DNA from: Eledone cirrhosa
Lineage: Eukaryota
Assembly: GCA_964016885.1 (NCBI GenBank)
Contig: OZ024740.1
Span: 9,920,001 to 9,984,000, forward strand
Length of the DNA: 64,000 nt
Direction of reading: 5' to 3'
Below are positions 28,001 to 42,256 of the stretch, piece after piece. Each line of letters starts with the position of its first letter. The first letter of the stretch is position 1. A program made the translations under genes and the position numbers. The notes beneath the pieces were generated by a model. It saw only the letters and a program-made list of their open reading frames with translations, searched no databases and was not told the origin of the DNA.

Positions 28001-28215
28001 CATGCCTGTATGTCTAACGTAGACGTTACATGGCCGAATGGTTAAGACGTTTGCTTCGCAATCCTTAAGTCCCCGGGATGCCCCCCCCCCCCCCCACACA
28101 CACACATACAGTGTGGCACCTTAATCCCGCGTTATATACCATATCCGTTGGCTGACCTAAGCCATGTGAGGGTGGTTCATTCCAAGAATAGATTATACAC
28201 TGCCAAAACCTAACA

Positions 28216-28470
28216 GGCGAAGGTGCATGGCTTAGTGGTTAGAGCATTGTGCTTGCAATCGAAAAGTTGTGAGTTCAACTCTCGGACCGGGCGATGTGTT
28301 GTTTCCTTGAGCAAGACACTTTAGTTCACGTTGCTCTAGTTTACTCAGCTGTAGAAATGAGATGATAGGACTGGGGTCCCTATCATTAAATCACCCAAGA
28401 CACCTCCAACGAGATATACCTTGGAGGAGGCAAGCTAAACCTGCATAGGTGTGAGCTGTCACACACACAC
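28216..28470 (+). mobile_element. SINE family 1
   Basis: Near-identical to 2005-2255. Confidence 0.85.
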
Positions 28471-28637
28471 AGAACCTAACAATATAATGTAGTTTTAGAG
28501 CCCTAGAAGAGCCTAAGGAAATTCTATAATCTAGCAATAGATTGTGAATAGTTTACTGGCTATTATTAAAACATAAAGAAATAGAATTGAAATAGAAATA
28601 GAAGAGTCGCTGTCTCATAGACTACATGATATAGTTT

Positions 28638-28897
28638 AATAATTGTTTCTACTTTTGGCACAAGGCCAGCAATTACCCCAGTACATTACATAATAATGGT
28701 TTCTGATTCAGGCACAAGGAAGGGTAAGTCGATAACATTGAACCAGTGCATTACTGGTACTTTATTTTATCAATCCCTTAAGGATAAAAGGCAAAACTGA
28801 GCTCGGCAGGATATGAACTCAGAACGTAAAGGGCCATATCTCTTATGCCGCAAAACATGTGTCCCACGCTCTACCGATGCTGCCACTCCACCACCCT
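28638..28897 (-). mobile_element. SINE family 2 (diverged, with duplicated 3' end)
   Basis: ctggtacttattttatc core, gaactcagaac B-box and ctctaccgatgctgcc head. Confidence 0.7.
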
Positions 28898-29804
28898 AAT
28901 AATAACAATTATTATATATATATAAATGTGCATATGTAAATATATATATGTCCACAACACATACACGCACACACACACACATATATATACACACACACAC
29001 ATAAATGTATATATTATATATAAATATCCTTGTATATTTATATATGTGTATATAGACAGAGACATCGGTGCGCCATACAGGTCCTTTGTTCACCACAGAG
29101 ATCCCTATTGTACTGAAAAAGTCATTGAAACAGCAGGGATTGCTATAACACATTCAATGTTCTCTTATTCACATCGGAGAGCCCTACTGACTTGCTAGAG
29201 TGACGAGAGCATGTAGGGATTAACACAAACATTGCTCCACGTTTCACTCATCTGAAGGGTCCTGTAAAGTCTACAGGGTTCTACAGCGGTAACCCGGGGA
29301 ACTCCTTCAATAACTAAATGATCCTTGAATTGTTTGAAGGAGCATTATTCGAATTTCAAGGATTCATGCTTAAACACACATGTATGTATGTATATATGTA
29401 TGTATATATGTATGTATGTATGTATATATGTATGTATATATGTATGTATGTATGCATGTATACATGTATATATGTATGTATGTATATATGTATGTATGTA
29501 CATATGTATGTATGTTTATATAAGTATGGATATAAAGTAGTGGCCGTACTCGAAAACGAGTTGGCAGCCACCATGTATATATGTATGTGTGTATGTATAT
29601 GTATGTGTCTATATGTATATGTATGTATATATATATATGTATATGTATTTATGTGTATATGTATGTATCTATATGTATATATGTATGTATATGTATGTGT
29701 ATGTATATATGTATGTATGTATATATATATGTGTGTATCTATGTGTATGTGTATGTATATATATGTATATATGTGTGTATGTATATATATATGTATATGT
29801 ATGT

Positions 29805-30010
29805 CTCATGGTCGGGTCGTTGGCGACTAAACTGGCAACCCCACCAAGGTTTCTTGGTGAGGAGGGTGACTTTGGACATCCTGCAGGACTAAAAACAAAA
29901 CCTGTCAAAGGGCAAAGGAGCTCTTAAGAGTCAATGGCCATCCAAAATCACCGGGAGAGATGACCCCTTAGCCTTCTAGGAGAAGGAAAACTCTGATATA
30001 ACACCTGCAA
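29805..30010 (+). mobile_element. 5'-region fragment of an RTE-like LINE or derived non-autonomous element
   Basis: Homologous to 40722-40862. Contains gagaaggaaaactctgat, which I recall from RTE 5' regions (not verified). Confidence 0.45.
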
Positions 30011-30419
30011 CTCTGATGGTATCCAATGATGTTGACTTGTTCTTCTTTTTGGTAAATATCATCTTGGTTAAGAGAGTGGGACTGGCTTTGTGCAGTGCCT
30101 TTGCTAACAATAAAAGCTTCACGGCACAGGCATTGCTTTATATCAGGAGATCTCCCTGCACTTGTCGTCACATGGTACCATGGGCCCAGCACTATGTGTC
30201 AGTAATTGTCACAAGTGTAGTGTTTGTACCAGAGTTTTCAAGTCGCTGACTGGACTAAAAAGTCGCACTCGTTCAGCGCATCGGTAGGGGTTCTCCTACT
30301 TGGATATAAAGTAGTGGTCGTACTCGAAAACGAGTTGGCAGCCACCATGTATATATGTATGTATATATGTATGTATGTATATATGTATGTATGTAAGTAT
30401 ATATGTATGTGTATGTATG

Positions 30420-30882
30420 TTCTTCTGGTTTTATAATTTCACAAATGTTTACCAATCGAGAGAGTCGGTTTCTAACATAGACACAAGACTCTCTCATTGG
30501 AATTTACACATCAACTAGATAGATATGTATGTATGTATGCATGTGTAGATATGGATGTTATTGTATGTGTGGATGTGGATGTTTTGAGTTGTATGTGTGC
30601 ATGTGTATATGCTTTGTATCTGTACATGTGTATATGCAGTTATTAGGTGCAACATTTTTGGAATGTTTTACATATTTTTACTGTTCCATTAATGGATTGT
30701 ACTTGTAATTTCCTAACTAGTTGTGTTCTTTCTGTTCCTGTGAAGCCTAGCTCCTCAAGATTTGTATTGAGGCAGTTACTAACATATCCCAGTGCCCCAA
30801 TAATCACAGGCATAAATCTGAAGGTGTAATCAGGGTGGAGTATCTGCAGATTTCTCATCAGTTCTGCATAAATATTCTCCTT
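30420..30882 (-). mobile_element. R4/NeSL-like RLE LINE 3' end inserted in (TATG)n
   Basis: ENIYAELMRNLQ...FMPVIIGALG...GTVKICKTF is the typical restriction-like endonuclease C-terminus; (TATG)n on both flanks. Confidence 0.75.
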
Positions 30883-31014
30883 ATGTATGTATGTATGTAT
30901 GTATGTATGTATGTATGTATGTATGTATGTATGTATGTATGCATATATGTATGTATGTATGTATGCATATATGTATGTATATGTGTATGTTTGTGTGTAT
31001 GTATAATAAATGCG

Positions 31015-31067
<53 letters not shown>

Positions 31068-31106
31068 TATATGATGTATATTAGATATTTTATACATATA
31101 ATTATA

Positions 31107-31149
<43 letters not shown>

Positions 31150-31152
<3 letters not shown>

Positions 31153-31320
31153 GGAAAAGAATGAAATGAAACTTCATTTCTCACTCTTAGTACGGCTGAT
31201 ACTTAAATATAAGTATGTATACGTACATACATATATGTATACAGACGTACAGTAGTATATATATACATATTACTGTACGTCTGTATACATATATGTATCT
31301 ACGTATACATACTTATATAG
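31150..31320 (-). mobile_element. Diverged fold-back stub of the 424-bp array family
   Basis: cactcttagtacggctgatacttaaatataagtatgta matches the array tail and is followed by a local palindrome. Confidence 0.75.
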
Positions 31321-31334
31321 TGTTTTTTTTTAAA

Positions 31335-31412
31335 GGATAGTTTGTTTATAATATGAGTATTGAGTACTTTGGTGCATTATGGTGCACCTGGTTCCTTACC
31401 ACATTTCCTTCG

Positions 31413-31413
<1 letters not shown>
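31335..31413 (+). mobile_element. Family A tail fragment
   Basis: agtattgagtactttggtgc...ccttaccacatttcc, as at 1092-1150. Confidence 0.7.
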
Positions 31414-31479
<66 letters not shown>

Positions 31480-31698
31480 CTATCGACTAGGTGCAGATTC
31501 GTATTAACCTGTTTGTATTTTCGTTGTTGTAGTGGATGTTGTGGCATTCTTTTACCTAGCCACAATTTTCAATTTGTCACACCTTTAACGTATGTTTATT
31601 ACTCTAAGATTTAATTTATCGATTTATCGATATCATCTTATCGAGTGTTTGTGCAAGCTTCTGAAAATTGTTTTAGCGAGAAGCTAACAGTATTTCAT

Positions 31699-31758
<60 letters not shown>

Positions 31759-32703
31759 TAAGAGATATTTAATTTGTTGGAAATCCAAAAAAATTGGAGT
31801 TATCTTTCCTTCTTTCAATCATAAATTTTTTTATACATAACTCCGTTAATTTAACATTATAAATTGTAACTACCCATTTTTATTTACATAAAATCAACAT
31901 CCCTAGTAACTTATATTAGGAACAAATACCTATTTATTTTACTTATTTAAAAATCAACATCCTTCGTAACTCATATTATAAACAAACTATCCTTTAAAAA
32001 AAAACACATATGCTATTATTAAAATACATATATAGATATTTATATATTATTATAATAAGATAAATAATTCTCCATATAAATATAGATAAATGTCTGAATA
32101 TATTTTTCATAAATTAACGTTCAAGTGGTCTTCCTTTTCCTTTTTCTTTCTTCTTTAACAATTTTAGTTTGATAATTTATATAGCTTCGTTAAATAAACA
32201 ATATTCTGAAAACATTCTCAATGTTGAAAATTTTTGAATCCACAAATTATTCTAATCTCACAACTTGAAAATAAAATTTTCAATATCCTTCGTAACTCAT
32301 ATTTGTTTATATAAACAATCAATGCATACACAACTTATTAATATATATATAGATATTTATATACATATAACCTATCCTAATGTAATAAGATAAAAATATT
32401 TACAACCATAATTCTTCATATCATTTTATAACTCATAATATAGGTAACAAAATCCCCCCCCCCCCCAATTAACTTTATTCTTTTCTCTTTCTCTTCCTTC
32501 CTTATCATAAATATTTAAATTTTCCATAGCGTCTAAAATAACGTTTTTTTCAGCCCTTTAATATACACATCATTTGCATATTCATATTAATAATTTTAAA
32601 TATCTGACTTTTCTTCTCTCTTCCCTTCCCTTTCCAGGGATAACTTGAACCGTTAAGGTATATCATCCTTGGTCATGCCAAATATTTATAAAACATTTTG
32701 TAT

Positions 32704-32760
32704 TTCATCTGATGATAACGTACCAACATTTTTGGTACCCTTGAAATATATATAATTGAA
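32704..32760 (+). ncRNA. Minimal hammerhead ribozyme candidate
   Basis: ttcat-CTGATGA-taac-GTACCAA-catt(t)-TTGGTAC-cctt-GAAA-TATATA-TA^-attgaa; the base of stem II is imperfect. Confidence 0.55.
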
Positions 32761-32813
32761 TAAATATGGTTTTATAAATATAGTTACCATTTATTTAATA
32801 TCAATTGAATTAA

Positions 32814-32869
<56 letters not shown>

Positions 32870-32902
32870 CGTTTGGCAACATGACCCTCCCAAAGTATAA
32901 CA

Positions 32903-33018
<116 letters not shown>

Positions 33019-33342
33019 AGAACAGATTAAAGTTTAAGCAAAGAATCGGTGTGTTGCTTTCACCCTTAACGGGATCTTCTGGTCTAATAAATATTTGCTC
33101 TACGAGTTTATATATACTTTATATATATATAATCCTTATGGGACCCTCTTCGGATTTTAGTCTTCACATTTATTATTACTATATATATATAACTTTATAT
33201 GTGTTGGTTGTTTACCGACACTTCAGTATGCAGGTTGAAGCACTCGACGAAGTGTGCAGGAGGGTCTGTTTACTCCGGATTAATGTAAAAACAAGAAGTG
33301 TAAGTCAACAGGTTAAAATTAACTTGGTTTATTCATATTCGT

Positions 33343-33397
33343 TGCTATATATATTTCAGTGATCGCCATTATTCAACAGCTATGACCTCATCAGGCA
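33343..33397 (-). ncRNA. Minimal hammerhead ribozyme candidate
   Basis: tgc-CTGATGA-GGT...ACT-GAAA-TATATA-TA^-gca. Confidence 0.55.
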
Positions 33398-33651
33398 GTA
33401 AGAACTTGAACAGAAAACATAATGTTAGAATAGATTTTAGCTGTTGTTAATTGGTTATGTTGAGATCCGGAGTGTGGTGTTAGTCCTCTAAGGAACTGAA
33501 AACATATAATTTAGAATGAACGAATTCCAGCAGCAAACGACATACTTTCACCTCATTGGTCAGATACCCTATCAACACCCCATATGTATATATTCCTTTT
33601 GATAGATTTAATGGTTGTGTGCTTTTCTTTATCTTCTTTCTGAAGAATTTA

Positions 33652-33842
33652 ATAATTGTTTCTACTTTTGGTACAAGGCCAGCAATTACCCAGTGTATTA
33701 CTGGTACTTTATTTTATCGACCCCGTAAGGATGAAAGGCAAAGTTAACCTCGGCAGGATTTGAACTCAGACCATAAAGGGACGTAACTATGCTAGAAAGC
33801 ATGGCGTCCCATCCTCTACCGATACTGCTAATTCACCGCCCT
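33652..33842 (-). mobile_element. SINE family 2
   Basis: Reverse complement of the full SINE (tail, core, B-box, head). Confidence 0.85.
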
Positions 33843-34323
33843 TGATGGTGATGATGATGAAGAATTTAATGATAATGATGTATAAGATTGTGATTGTGAT
33901 ATTGATGATGATAGTGATGGTGATGATGATGATACTGATGATGATGATGATGATACTGATGATGGTGGTGATGATGATGATGATGATGATGAGATGATGG
34001 TGATGATGATGATAGGGAGATGTGATGAGTAGCACTAAATTTAATGAAGGAAATGGTGATGTTGTTTGTGATGATGATGATAGGGTGATGTTGTTAGTAG
34101 CTTTAAACTCAATGAAGGTAATGGTGGTGGTGGTTGGGGTGTGTGTGATGGTGTCGATGGATGTGATGAGGATGAGGATAATGGTTGTGTTGATGATGCT
34201 GTCTATGATGATGTTGTTGAGTCATGGAAACAACCATTTTATTTACTTCCTCCACTTACCTTCCTGGCAGACATTTCAACCCAGAAACACGAGATAACTA
34301 ATAATGTGGATATATATATTTAT

Positions 34324-34545
34324 ATAGGAAAATGTTCAAGACCCCGACGGCAGAGCTCAAGCCGTTTCGACGGCTGTTTCTGGACTAAATTAGATTTTTT
34401 CTAATTTAATTTAGTCCAGAAATAGCCGTGGAAACGGCTTGAGCTCTGCCGTCGGGGTCTTGAACATTTTCCTATTACCCACTCTACTACCCGAAGTATT
34501 GAGTACTCTGGTGCGTTATGGTCCATCTGGTTCCTTACCACACTT

Positions 34546-34553
<8 letters not shown>
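34324..34553 (+). mobile_element. Family A fold-back insertion in (TA)n
   Basis: ~70-bp arms spanning 34324-34475 with GAAAC-GGC..GCC-GTC-GGGG, then the shared tail. Confidence 0.75.
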
Positions 34554-34628
<75 letters not shown>

Positions 34629-34770
34629 GTAATATTGGGGTTTTCCAATATAGATCCTGGTAAAGATGAGAGAAGTTCTATGTTATCCAGTTTCCTTGAT
34701 ACAGCCTCTGTTCGGCTACGGGCTGCAGAACTCATCATTTATAAAGAGAGAGAGAGAAATATAACTTGAT

Positions 34771-34836
<66 letters not shown>

Positions 34837-35837
34837 CTCTTCACTCACTCTCTCTCCCTCACACTCTCACCTCTCTCCCGCTCTCTCCCTCTCACTCAGC
34901 CTCTCTATCTCTCCCTCACACTCTCACCTTTCCCCCTCTCTCTCTCTCTCACTCACCCTCTCTCTACTCATCTGACACTCTCACCTCTCTCCCAATCCAC
35001 CTAGTTTTAAAGAATCCATCTTATTTCCTTTTCACATCATTATATCCCAAATCTTACTCATCGCCTTCTTTTCTTTCTTTTTTCTTGTTATCTCATATTT
35101 TTTCTTGGCAGCCATCTTGGGCTGAATCGTTTTCTGGGTTTCCTATTTTAGGATTTTTAAATTCTCAGTTCTGTGTTCAAATCCCACCGAGGTCAACTTT
35201 GTCTCTAATGGAGGGGAGAAAAGGCAATTGCCCGGGACCCCCGGGGGCACAACCGACGCCCGGAGCAATTTATTTGTGCCCTCAGCTGGGCTTTTTAGTT
35301 TTAGGATGGTTAGAATTTATTAATTTAATACCTGTATGTATAACTGTTCTATTCCAGTTACCTGCACTAAACTAACTTTGATATGTAACGGGGGGGGGGG
35401 TGCTGAGTATTCTAATGTGTTTCTGTATGAGCTCCCCCCCCCCCTGTCTAAACCTGCCTTTCATCCTGCCATCGTATATAATATAAAGAACCAGTAAAAT
35501 AAAGTGGTCAATGCAATTGACCACCCCTTCGCCTCCTCACACAACCCCCTCCCTTCGCCCCCTCACCCGTCACCCCTCATCCCTTCCTTCGCCCCCTCAC
35601 CAACCCCCTCCCTTCGCCTCCTCACCCGTCACCCCTCAGCCCTTCCTTCCTCCCTTCTCGCTCCCTCACCCGTCACCCGTCAGCCCTTCCTTCGCCCACT
35701 TCACCAACCCCCTCCATCGCCCTTCACAGACCTCTCCCTCACCCCCTCACCCTTCACAGACCCCCCCCCCCCTCGGGCCATTTATGTATGTTAGAAAGAA
35801 TTATTCTATTCCTCGCCATAATTGTGGTATTTGTCCT

Positions 35838-35975
35838 GACTTTCTGAGTTCAAATGCCACCGCGGTCAACTCTGTAACCTGCTGTCGATGAAGTAGAGTA
35901 CCAGTGAAATACTGGGGGCCGTTTAACCGGCTTTCCCTTTAACCAACAAAATGTGCCTAAATTAGAAACCATTGT
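35838..35975 (+). mobile_element. Diverged SINE family 2 fragment
   Basis: ctgagttcaaatgccaccgcggtcaac...gtaccagt...tgtgcctaaattagaaac. Confidence 0.6.
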
Positions 35976-35992
35976 ATTCCAGCTCCTACTAC

Positions 35993-36832
35993 TCATCATC
36001 ATCACCATCATCATCATCACCATCACCATCATCATCACCATCATCATCACCATCACCACCCCATCACCATCACCACCCCATCATCATCACCACCCCCATC
36101 ACCATCACCACCCCATCACCATCACCACCCCCATCACCATCACCACCACCATCACCATCACCACCCCATCACCATCACCACCCCATCACCATCACCACCC
36201 CATCACCATCACCACCCCCATCACCATCACCACCCCATCACCATCACCACCCATCACCATCACCACCCCATCACCATCACCACCACATCACCATCACCAC
36301 CCCATCACCATCACCACCCCCATCACCATCACCACCACCATCACCACCACCATCACCATCACCACCCCATCACCATCACCACCCCCATCACCATCACCAC
36401 CACCATCACCACCACCATCACCATCACCACCCCATCACCATCACCACCCCATCACCATCACCACCCCATCACCATCACCACCCCCATCACCATCACCACC
36501 CCATCACCATCACCACCCATCACCATCACCACCCCATCACCATCACCACCACATCACCATCACCACCCCATCACCATCACCACCCCCATCACCATCACCA
36601 CCACCATCACCACCACCATCACCATCACCACCCCATCACCATCACCACCCCCATCACCATCACCACCACCATCACCACCACCATCACCATCACCACCCCA
36701 TCACCATCACCACCACCATCACCATCACCATCACCACCCCATCACCATCACCATCACCACCCCATCACCATCACCACCACCATCACCATCACCATCACCA
36801 CCCCATCACCATCACCATCACCACCACCATCA
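35993..36832. repeat. (CAC/CAT)n compound tract
   Basis: Directly visible. Confidence 0.95.
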
Positions 36833-36969
36833 TTACTAGTTCCACGGCATCCATTATTTCCCTTTCCCAAGGAATGACAGACAGATGGTGTTACGTTTCA
36901 ACAAGACGACAGTTTCGTCACTATGACGACACTATCGATAAGTCTTTACCCTCTCTCATTCTTAACAAT

Positions 36970-39722
36970 ATTGATGTTGTTATTGGTGTTGGTGTTGTTG
37001 TTGCTGGTGGTGTTGGTGGTGTTGTTGTTGTTGTTGGTGTTGGTGGTGTTGTTGTTGGTGTTGGTGGTGTTGTTGGTGGTGTTGTTGTTGTTATTGGTGT
37101 TGGTGTTGTTGTTGCTGGTGGTGTTGGTGGTGTTGTTGTTGGTGTTGGTGGTGTTGTTGGTGGTGTTGTTGTTGTTATTGGTGTTGGTGTTGTTGTTGTT
37201 ATTGGTGTTGGTGTTGTTGTTGCTGGTGGTGTTGGTGTTGGTGGTGTTGTTGTTGGTGTTGTTGTTGTTGTTGGTGTTGGTGGTGTTGTTGTTGTTGGTG
37301 TTGGTGGTGTTGTTGGTGGTGTTGTTGGTGGTGTTGTTGTTGTTGGTGTTGGTGTTGGTGTTGTTGGTGGTGTTGGTGGTGTTGGTGTTGTTGGTGTTGT
37401 TGTTGTTGTTGGTGTTGGTGTTGTTGGTGTTGTTGGTGTTGGTGGTGTTGTTGGTGGTGTTGGTGGTGTTGTTGTTGTTGGTGTTGGTGGTGTTGTTGGT
37501 GGTGTTGGTGGTGTTGTTGTTGTTGGTGTTGGTGGTGTTGTTGGTGGTGTTGGTGGTGTTGTTGTTGTTGGTGTTGGTGGTGTTGTTGGTGGTGTTGGTG
37601 GTGTTGTTGTTGTTGTTGGTGTTGTTGGTGTTGTTGTTGTTGTTGGTGTTGGTGTTGTTGGTGTTGGTGTTGGTGGTGTTGTTGGTGGTGTTGGTGGTGT
37701 TGTTGTTGTTGGTGTTGGTGGTGTTGTTGGTGGTGTTGGTGGTGTTGTTGTTGTTGGTGTTGTTGGTGTTGTTGTTGTTGTTGGTGTTGGTGTTGTTGGT
37801 GTTGGTGTTGGTGGTGTTGTTGGTGGTGTTGGTGGTGTTGTTGTTGTTGGTGTTGGTGGTGTTGTTGGTGGTGTTGGTGGTGTTGTTGTTGTTGGTGTTG
37901 GTGGTGTTGTTGGTGGTGTTGGTGGTGTTGTTGTTGTTGGTGTTGGTGGTGTTGTTGTTGTTGGTGTTGGTGGTGTTGCCGGTGGTGTTGGTGGTGTTGG
38001 TGTTGTTGTTGTTGGTGGTGTTGGTGGTGTTGTTGGTGGTGTTGTTGTTGTTGGTGTTGGTGGTGTTGTTGTTGTTGGTGTTGGTGTTGTTGGTGTTGGT
38101 GGTGTTGGTGTTGGTGGTGTTGTTGGTGGTGTTGTTGTTGTTGTTGGTGTTGGTGGTGTTGTTGTTGTTGGTGTTGGTGGTGTTGTTGGTGTTGTTGTTG
38201 TTGTTATTGGTGTTGGTGTTGTTGTTGCTGGTGGTGTTGGTGGTGTTGTTGTTGTTGTTGTTGGTGGTGTTGTTGTTGTTGGTGTTGGTGTTGGTGTTGT
38301 TGGTGGTGTTGGTGTTGTTGTTGTTGGTGTTGGTGTTGTTGGTGTTGTTGGTGTTGTTGGTGTTGTTGTTGTTGGTGTTGGTGGTGTTGGTGTTGTTGGT
38401 GTTGGTGGTGTTGTTGTTGTTGGTGTTGGTGTTGGTGTTGTTGGTGGTGTTGGTGGTGTTGTTGTTGTTGGTGTTGTTGGTGTTGGTGTTGTTGGTGTTG
38501 TTGTTGTTGGTGTTGTTGGTGTTGTTGTTGTTGGTGTTGGTGGTGTTGTTGTTGTTGGTGTTGGTGTTGGTGGTGTTGTTGTTGTTGGTGTTGGTGTTGT
38601 TGGTGTTGGTGGTGTTGTTGTTGTTGGTGTTGTTGTTGTTGGTGTCGGTGGTGTTGTTGTTGTTGGTGTTGTTGGTGTTGGTGGTGTTGTTGGTGGTGTT
38701 GGTGGTGTTGTTGTTGTTGGTGTTGGTGGTGTTGTTGTTGTTGGTGTTGTTGGTGTTGTTGTTGTTGGTGTTGGTGGTGTTGTTGTTGTTGGTGTTGGTG
38801 TTGGTGGTGTTGTTGTTGTTGGTGTTGGTGGTGTTGTTGTTGGTGTTGGTGGTGTTGTTGGTGGTGTTGGTGGTGTTGTTGTTGGTGTTGGTGTTGTTGG
38901 TGTTGTTGGTGTTGTTGTTGTTGGTGTTGGTGGTGTTGTTGGTGTTGTTGTTGTTGGTGTTGGTGGTGTTGTTGTTGTTGGTGTTGGTGGTGTTGCCGGT
39001 GGTGTTGGTGGTGTTGGTGTTGTTGTTGTTGATGATGTTGGTGGTGTTGTTGGTGGTGTTGTTGTTGTTGGTGTTGTTGGTGTTGGTGGTGTTGGTGGTG
39101 TTGTTGTTGTTGGTGTTGTTGGTGTTGTTGTTGTTGGTGTTGGTGGTGTTGTTGTTGTTGGTGTTGGTGTTGGTGGTGTTGTTGTTGTTGGTGTTGTTGG
39201 TGTTGGTGGTGTTGTTGTTGGTGTTGGTGGTGTTGTTGGTGGTGTTGGTGGTGTTGTTGTTGTTGGTGTTGGTGTTGTTGGTGTTGTTGGTGTTGTTGTT
39301 GTTGGTGTTGGTGGTGTTGTTGGTGTTGTTGTTGTTGGTGTTGGTGGTGTTGTTGTTGTTGGTGTTGGTGGTGTTGCCGGTGGTGTTGGTGGTGTTGGTG
39401 TTGATGTTGTTGGTGGTGTTGTTGGTGGTGTTGGTGGTGTTGTTGTTGTTGGTGTTGGTGGTGGTGTTGTTGTTGTTATTGTTGTTGTTGTTGTTGCTGG
39501 TGGTGTTGGTGTTTTGTTGTTGTTGTTGGTGTTGTTGTTGCTGGTGTTTTCTGTTGGTGTTGTTGTTGGTGTTGTTGTTGTTGTTGTTGTTGGTGTTGTT
39601 GTTGTTATTGGTGTTGTTGTTGTTGTTGTTGGTGTTGTTGTTGGTGTTGTTGTTGGTGTTGGTGTTGTTGGTGGTAGTGTTGTTGTTGGTGGTGGTGGTG
39701 GTGGTGTTGTTATTGTTGTTGT
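36970..39722. repeat. (GTT/GGT)n compound trinucleotide tract
   Basis: Directly visible. Confidence 0.97.
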
Positions 39723-39744
39723 ACGTATGGTGCAAGTAGGAAAC

Positions 39745-39802
<58 letters not shown>

Positions 39803-40268
39803 ATATATTAATAGATGGAGAGAGACAAAGAGAAAGAGAGAAATAAATAGATGGAGATAGAGAGAGAGTGAGACATAGAGAGATAGAAAAAAAGGAGAGA
39901 GAGAGAAAGAGAGGTAGAGAGAGAGGGGGTGGGAGAGTGTCTGCATGATTCATTGAAATGTTATACAGATGCTGATGTACTTTTGGTGAAGAGAATTTAA
40001 AGAAATACTTTAGTAAATTGAGAAAACGGAAATATAGAGTCAGGCATGAGATAAGAAGATGGAGAGATAGAGAGACAGATAGAGAAATAGAGAGATAGAT
40101 AGAGAGATAGAGAGATATATAGAGAGATAGATAGATACAGAGATAGAGAGAAAGATAGAGAGAGAGATAGAGAGAGAGGGAGAGAGATAGAGAGAGAGAT
40201 AGAGAGATAGAGAGATAGAGATATAGTTACAGAGGTTGAGATGGAAAATATATTTCTGTGTGTATGGT

Positions 40269-40311
<43 letters not shown>

Positions 40312-40928
40312 ACACACACACATATGATGATGGCAACACGATTTCGAGTAATGCCATTGCTTGATACTTCAGCATCAGCATCGCAGACGTGACTTTTTAG
40401 TCCTGCTATGGACTTGCCTATGGCCAGCAATACCAGGCATCGCAAAAAATGTCACATATCAAGCGATGCCTGAGCTTGAAGCTTTGTAAAGTGAGGAAAG
40501 GCTTTGCACGGGGCCAATCCCACTCTCTGAACATCAAATGTATTTGCCCCCCAAAAGTAGAACTGGTCTCCATCGTTGGATGTAATCGAAGTGGCAGGTT
40601 TTATATGAGAGGGACCTTCTCCTAGAAGACTAGGAGTCGCTCGCTCCTCTAAAAAACAAAAAGACATAAACAGTGTTCGCTCTTCTGTGCTACTGCTAAC
40701 ATGTAACCCAGTAGAACTTGTGCATGGCCAGATCGTCAGCGACTAAACCAGCGACCCCAACAAGCTTGCTTGGTGAGGAGAGTGAATTTGGAGACCCTGT
40801 GGGATGAAAAACAAAACCTGTCAAAGGGCGGAGGAACTGAGGAGAGTCAACGGCCATCCAATAATGTATAAAGTGTACATATATATATAATAAACATGTA
40901 CTCACACACATATATAAGTATATATGGA

Positions 40929-40971
<43 letters not shown>

Positions 40972-41377
40972 TGGTAAACGGAATAGAAAATGCTGACAAA
41001 TTGTTCACAGTGAAAAATAGTTTAATTAGGAATAAGTGAGAATTAGTAATAGTATTGGTTAGTATTCAGTTTTGGTGATAAGTTTTACCGGTTGCGCATT
41101 TCTAATGCTTTACAAAAATAATTTTGAGATAGAGCGTCCGTGAAGTTTGCTCTGATCTGGTTAGTTTTGGAAATTCTACCTGTTTTTATGTTAAAAAAGT
41201 GGCTCCAGAGGTATTAAAATAAGTTTTGCGCCAATTCGTGTTGCAAAAATTCTTGTGGTCAAAACAATTTTGATTGGTCGGTAGAGGTCATGTGAATGTT
41301 AAAAATTGATTTTGCGCCAAATGTAGGTTTGTGTTGGCTGATTGAGAAGTCACTGAAAAATAAGTCTTTCAAAACAA

Positions 41378-41415
<38 letters not shown>

Positions 41416-41505
41416 TAGTAGTAAAGAGGTTCGTTGTTGTGATAATGGTCAGCAGGGATGTGTGTGTGAACCGCAGCCTGTTGACAGTTCAAATGCCTAT
41501 TAAGA

Positions 41506-41542
<37 letters not shown>

Positions 41543-41660
41543 CAGAGTAATTCGTGGTAGAGGGATGGTCAGTAGGAATGTGTCTGTAAGTGTGTGGGGG
41601 ATATTTTAACATGTTAAAAGATATTTTTCAGCTCTTGTCTTATACGGAGAAGTGTGTGTG

Positions 41661-41708
<48 letters not shown>

Positions 41709-42256
41709 CTCTTTGTATGTTAATGTACGCGTGTGTATGTGTGTGTGTATATATGTGCGTGTGTGCGCATACACGTGTGTGTGTGTGTGTGTGAGAATGT
41801 GTGTGTGTGTGGGTGGACCAGTAATTATTTTTGTGATACTGGTGAAATGGTGTACATTATTCAATATTTTCAGTAAAATCGATTCTCTCAATAGAACATC
41901 AAAAACCTTAATAATAAAAGGTGTGAAATGATATATAGTATTGGCATAATACCAAGGTGTGTGTGAGTGTGTCCAGATTGTACGTACTGCAAGGGGAATC
42001 CATTAGGCCTTGCCGTATTGGAATACTTGTGTACAAATATGTATGTGCCCATCAGTGTGCAATGCATGTGTGCGTTTATGTATGTGTGTGTGTCGGCACG
42101 TTTATATCTATAGACATCAAAAGGTATGCAAATTTGTGTATATTTGCGTTGCACCATAGAACATGTGTGTTTACGTATGTCATTGTGTTTATATGTGGGT
42201 AGAGATGTATGCTGATGTAGGTATGTATGTTGACGTGTGTATGTTGTGGGTTCGTC

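Noticed and set aside
35953-39953. Mucin- or extensin-like 900-1280-aa ORFs
   Set aside because: Pure trinucleotide tracts with no third-position degeneracy.
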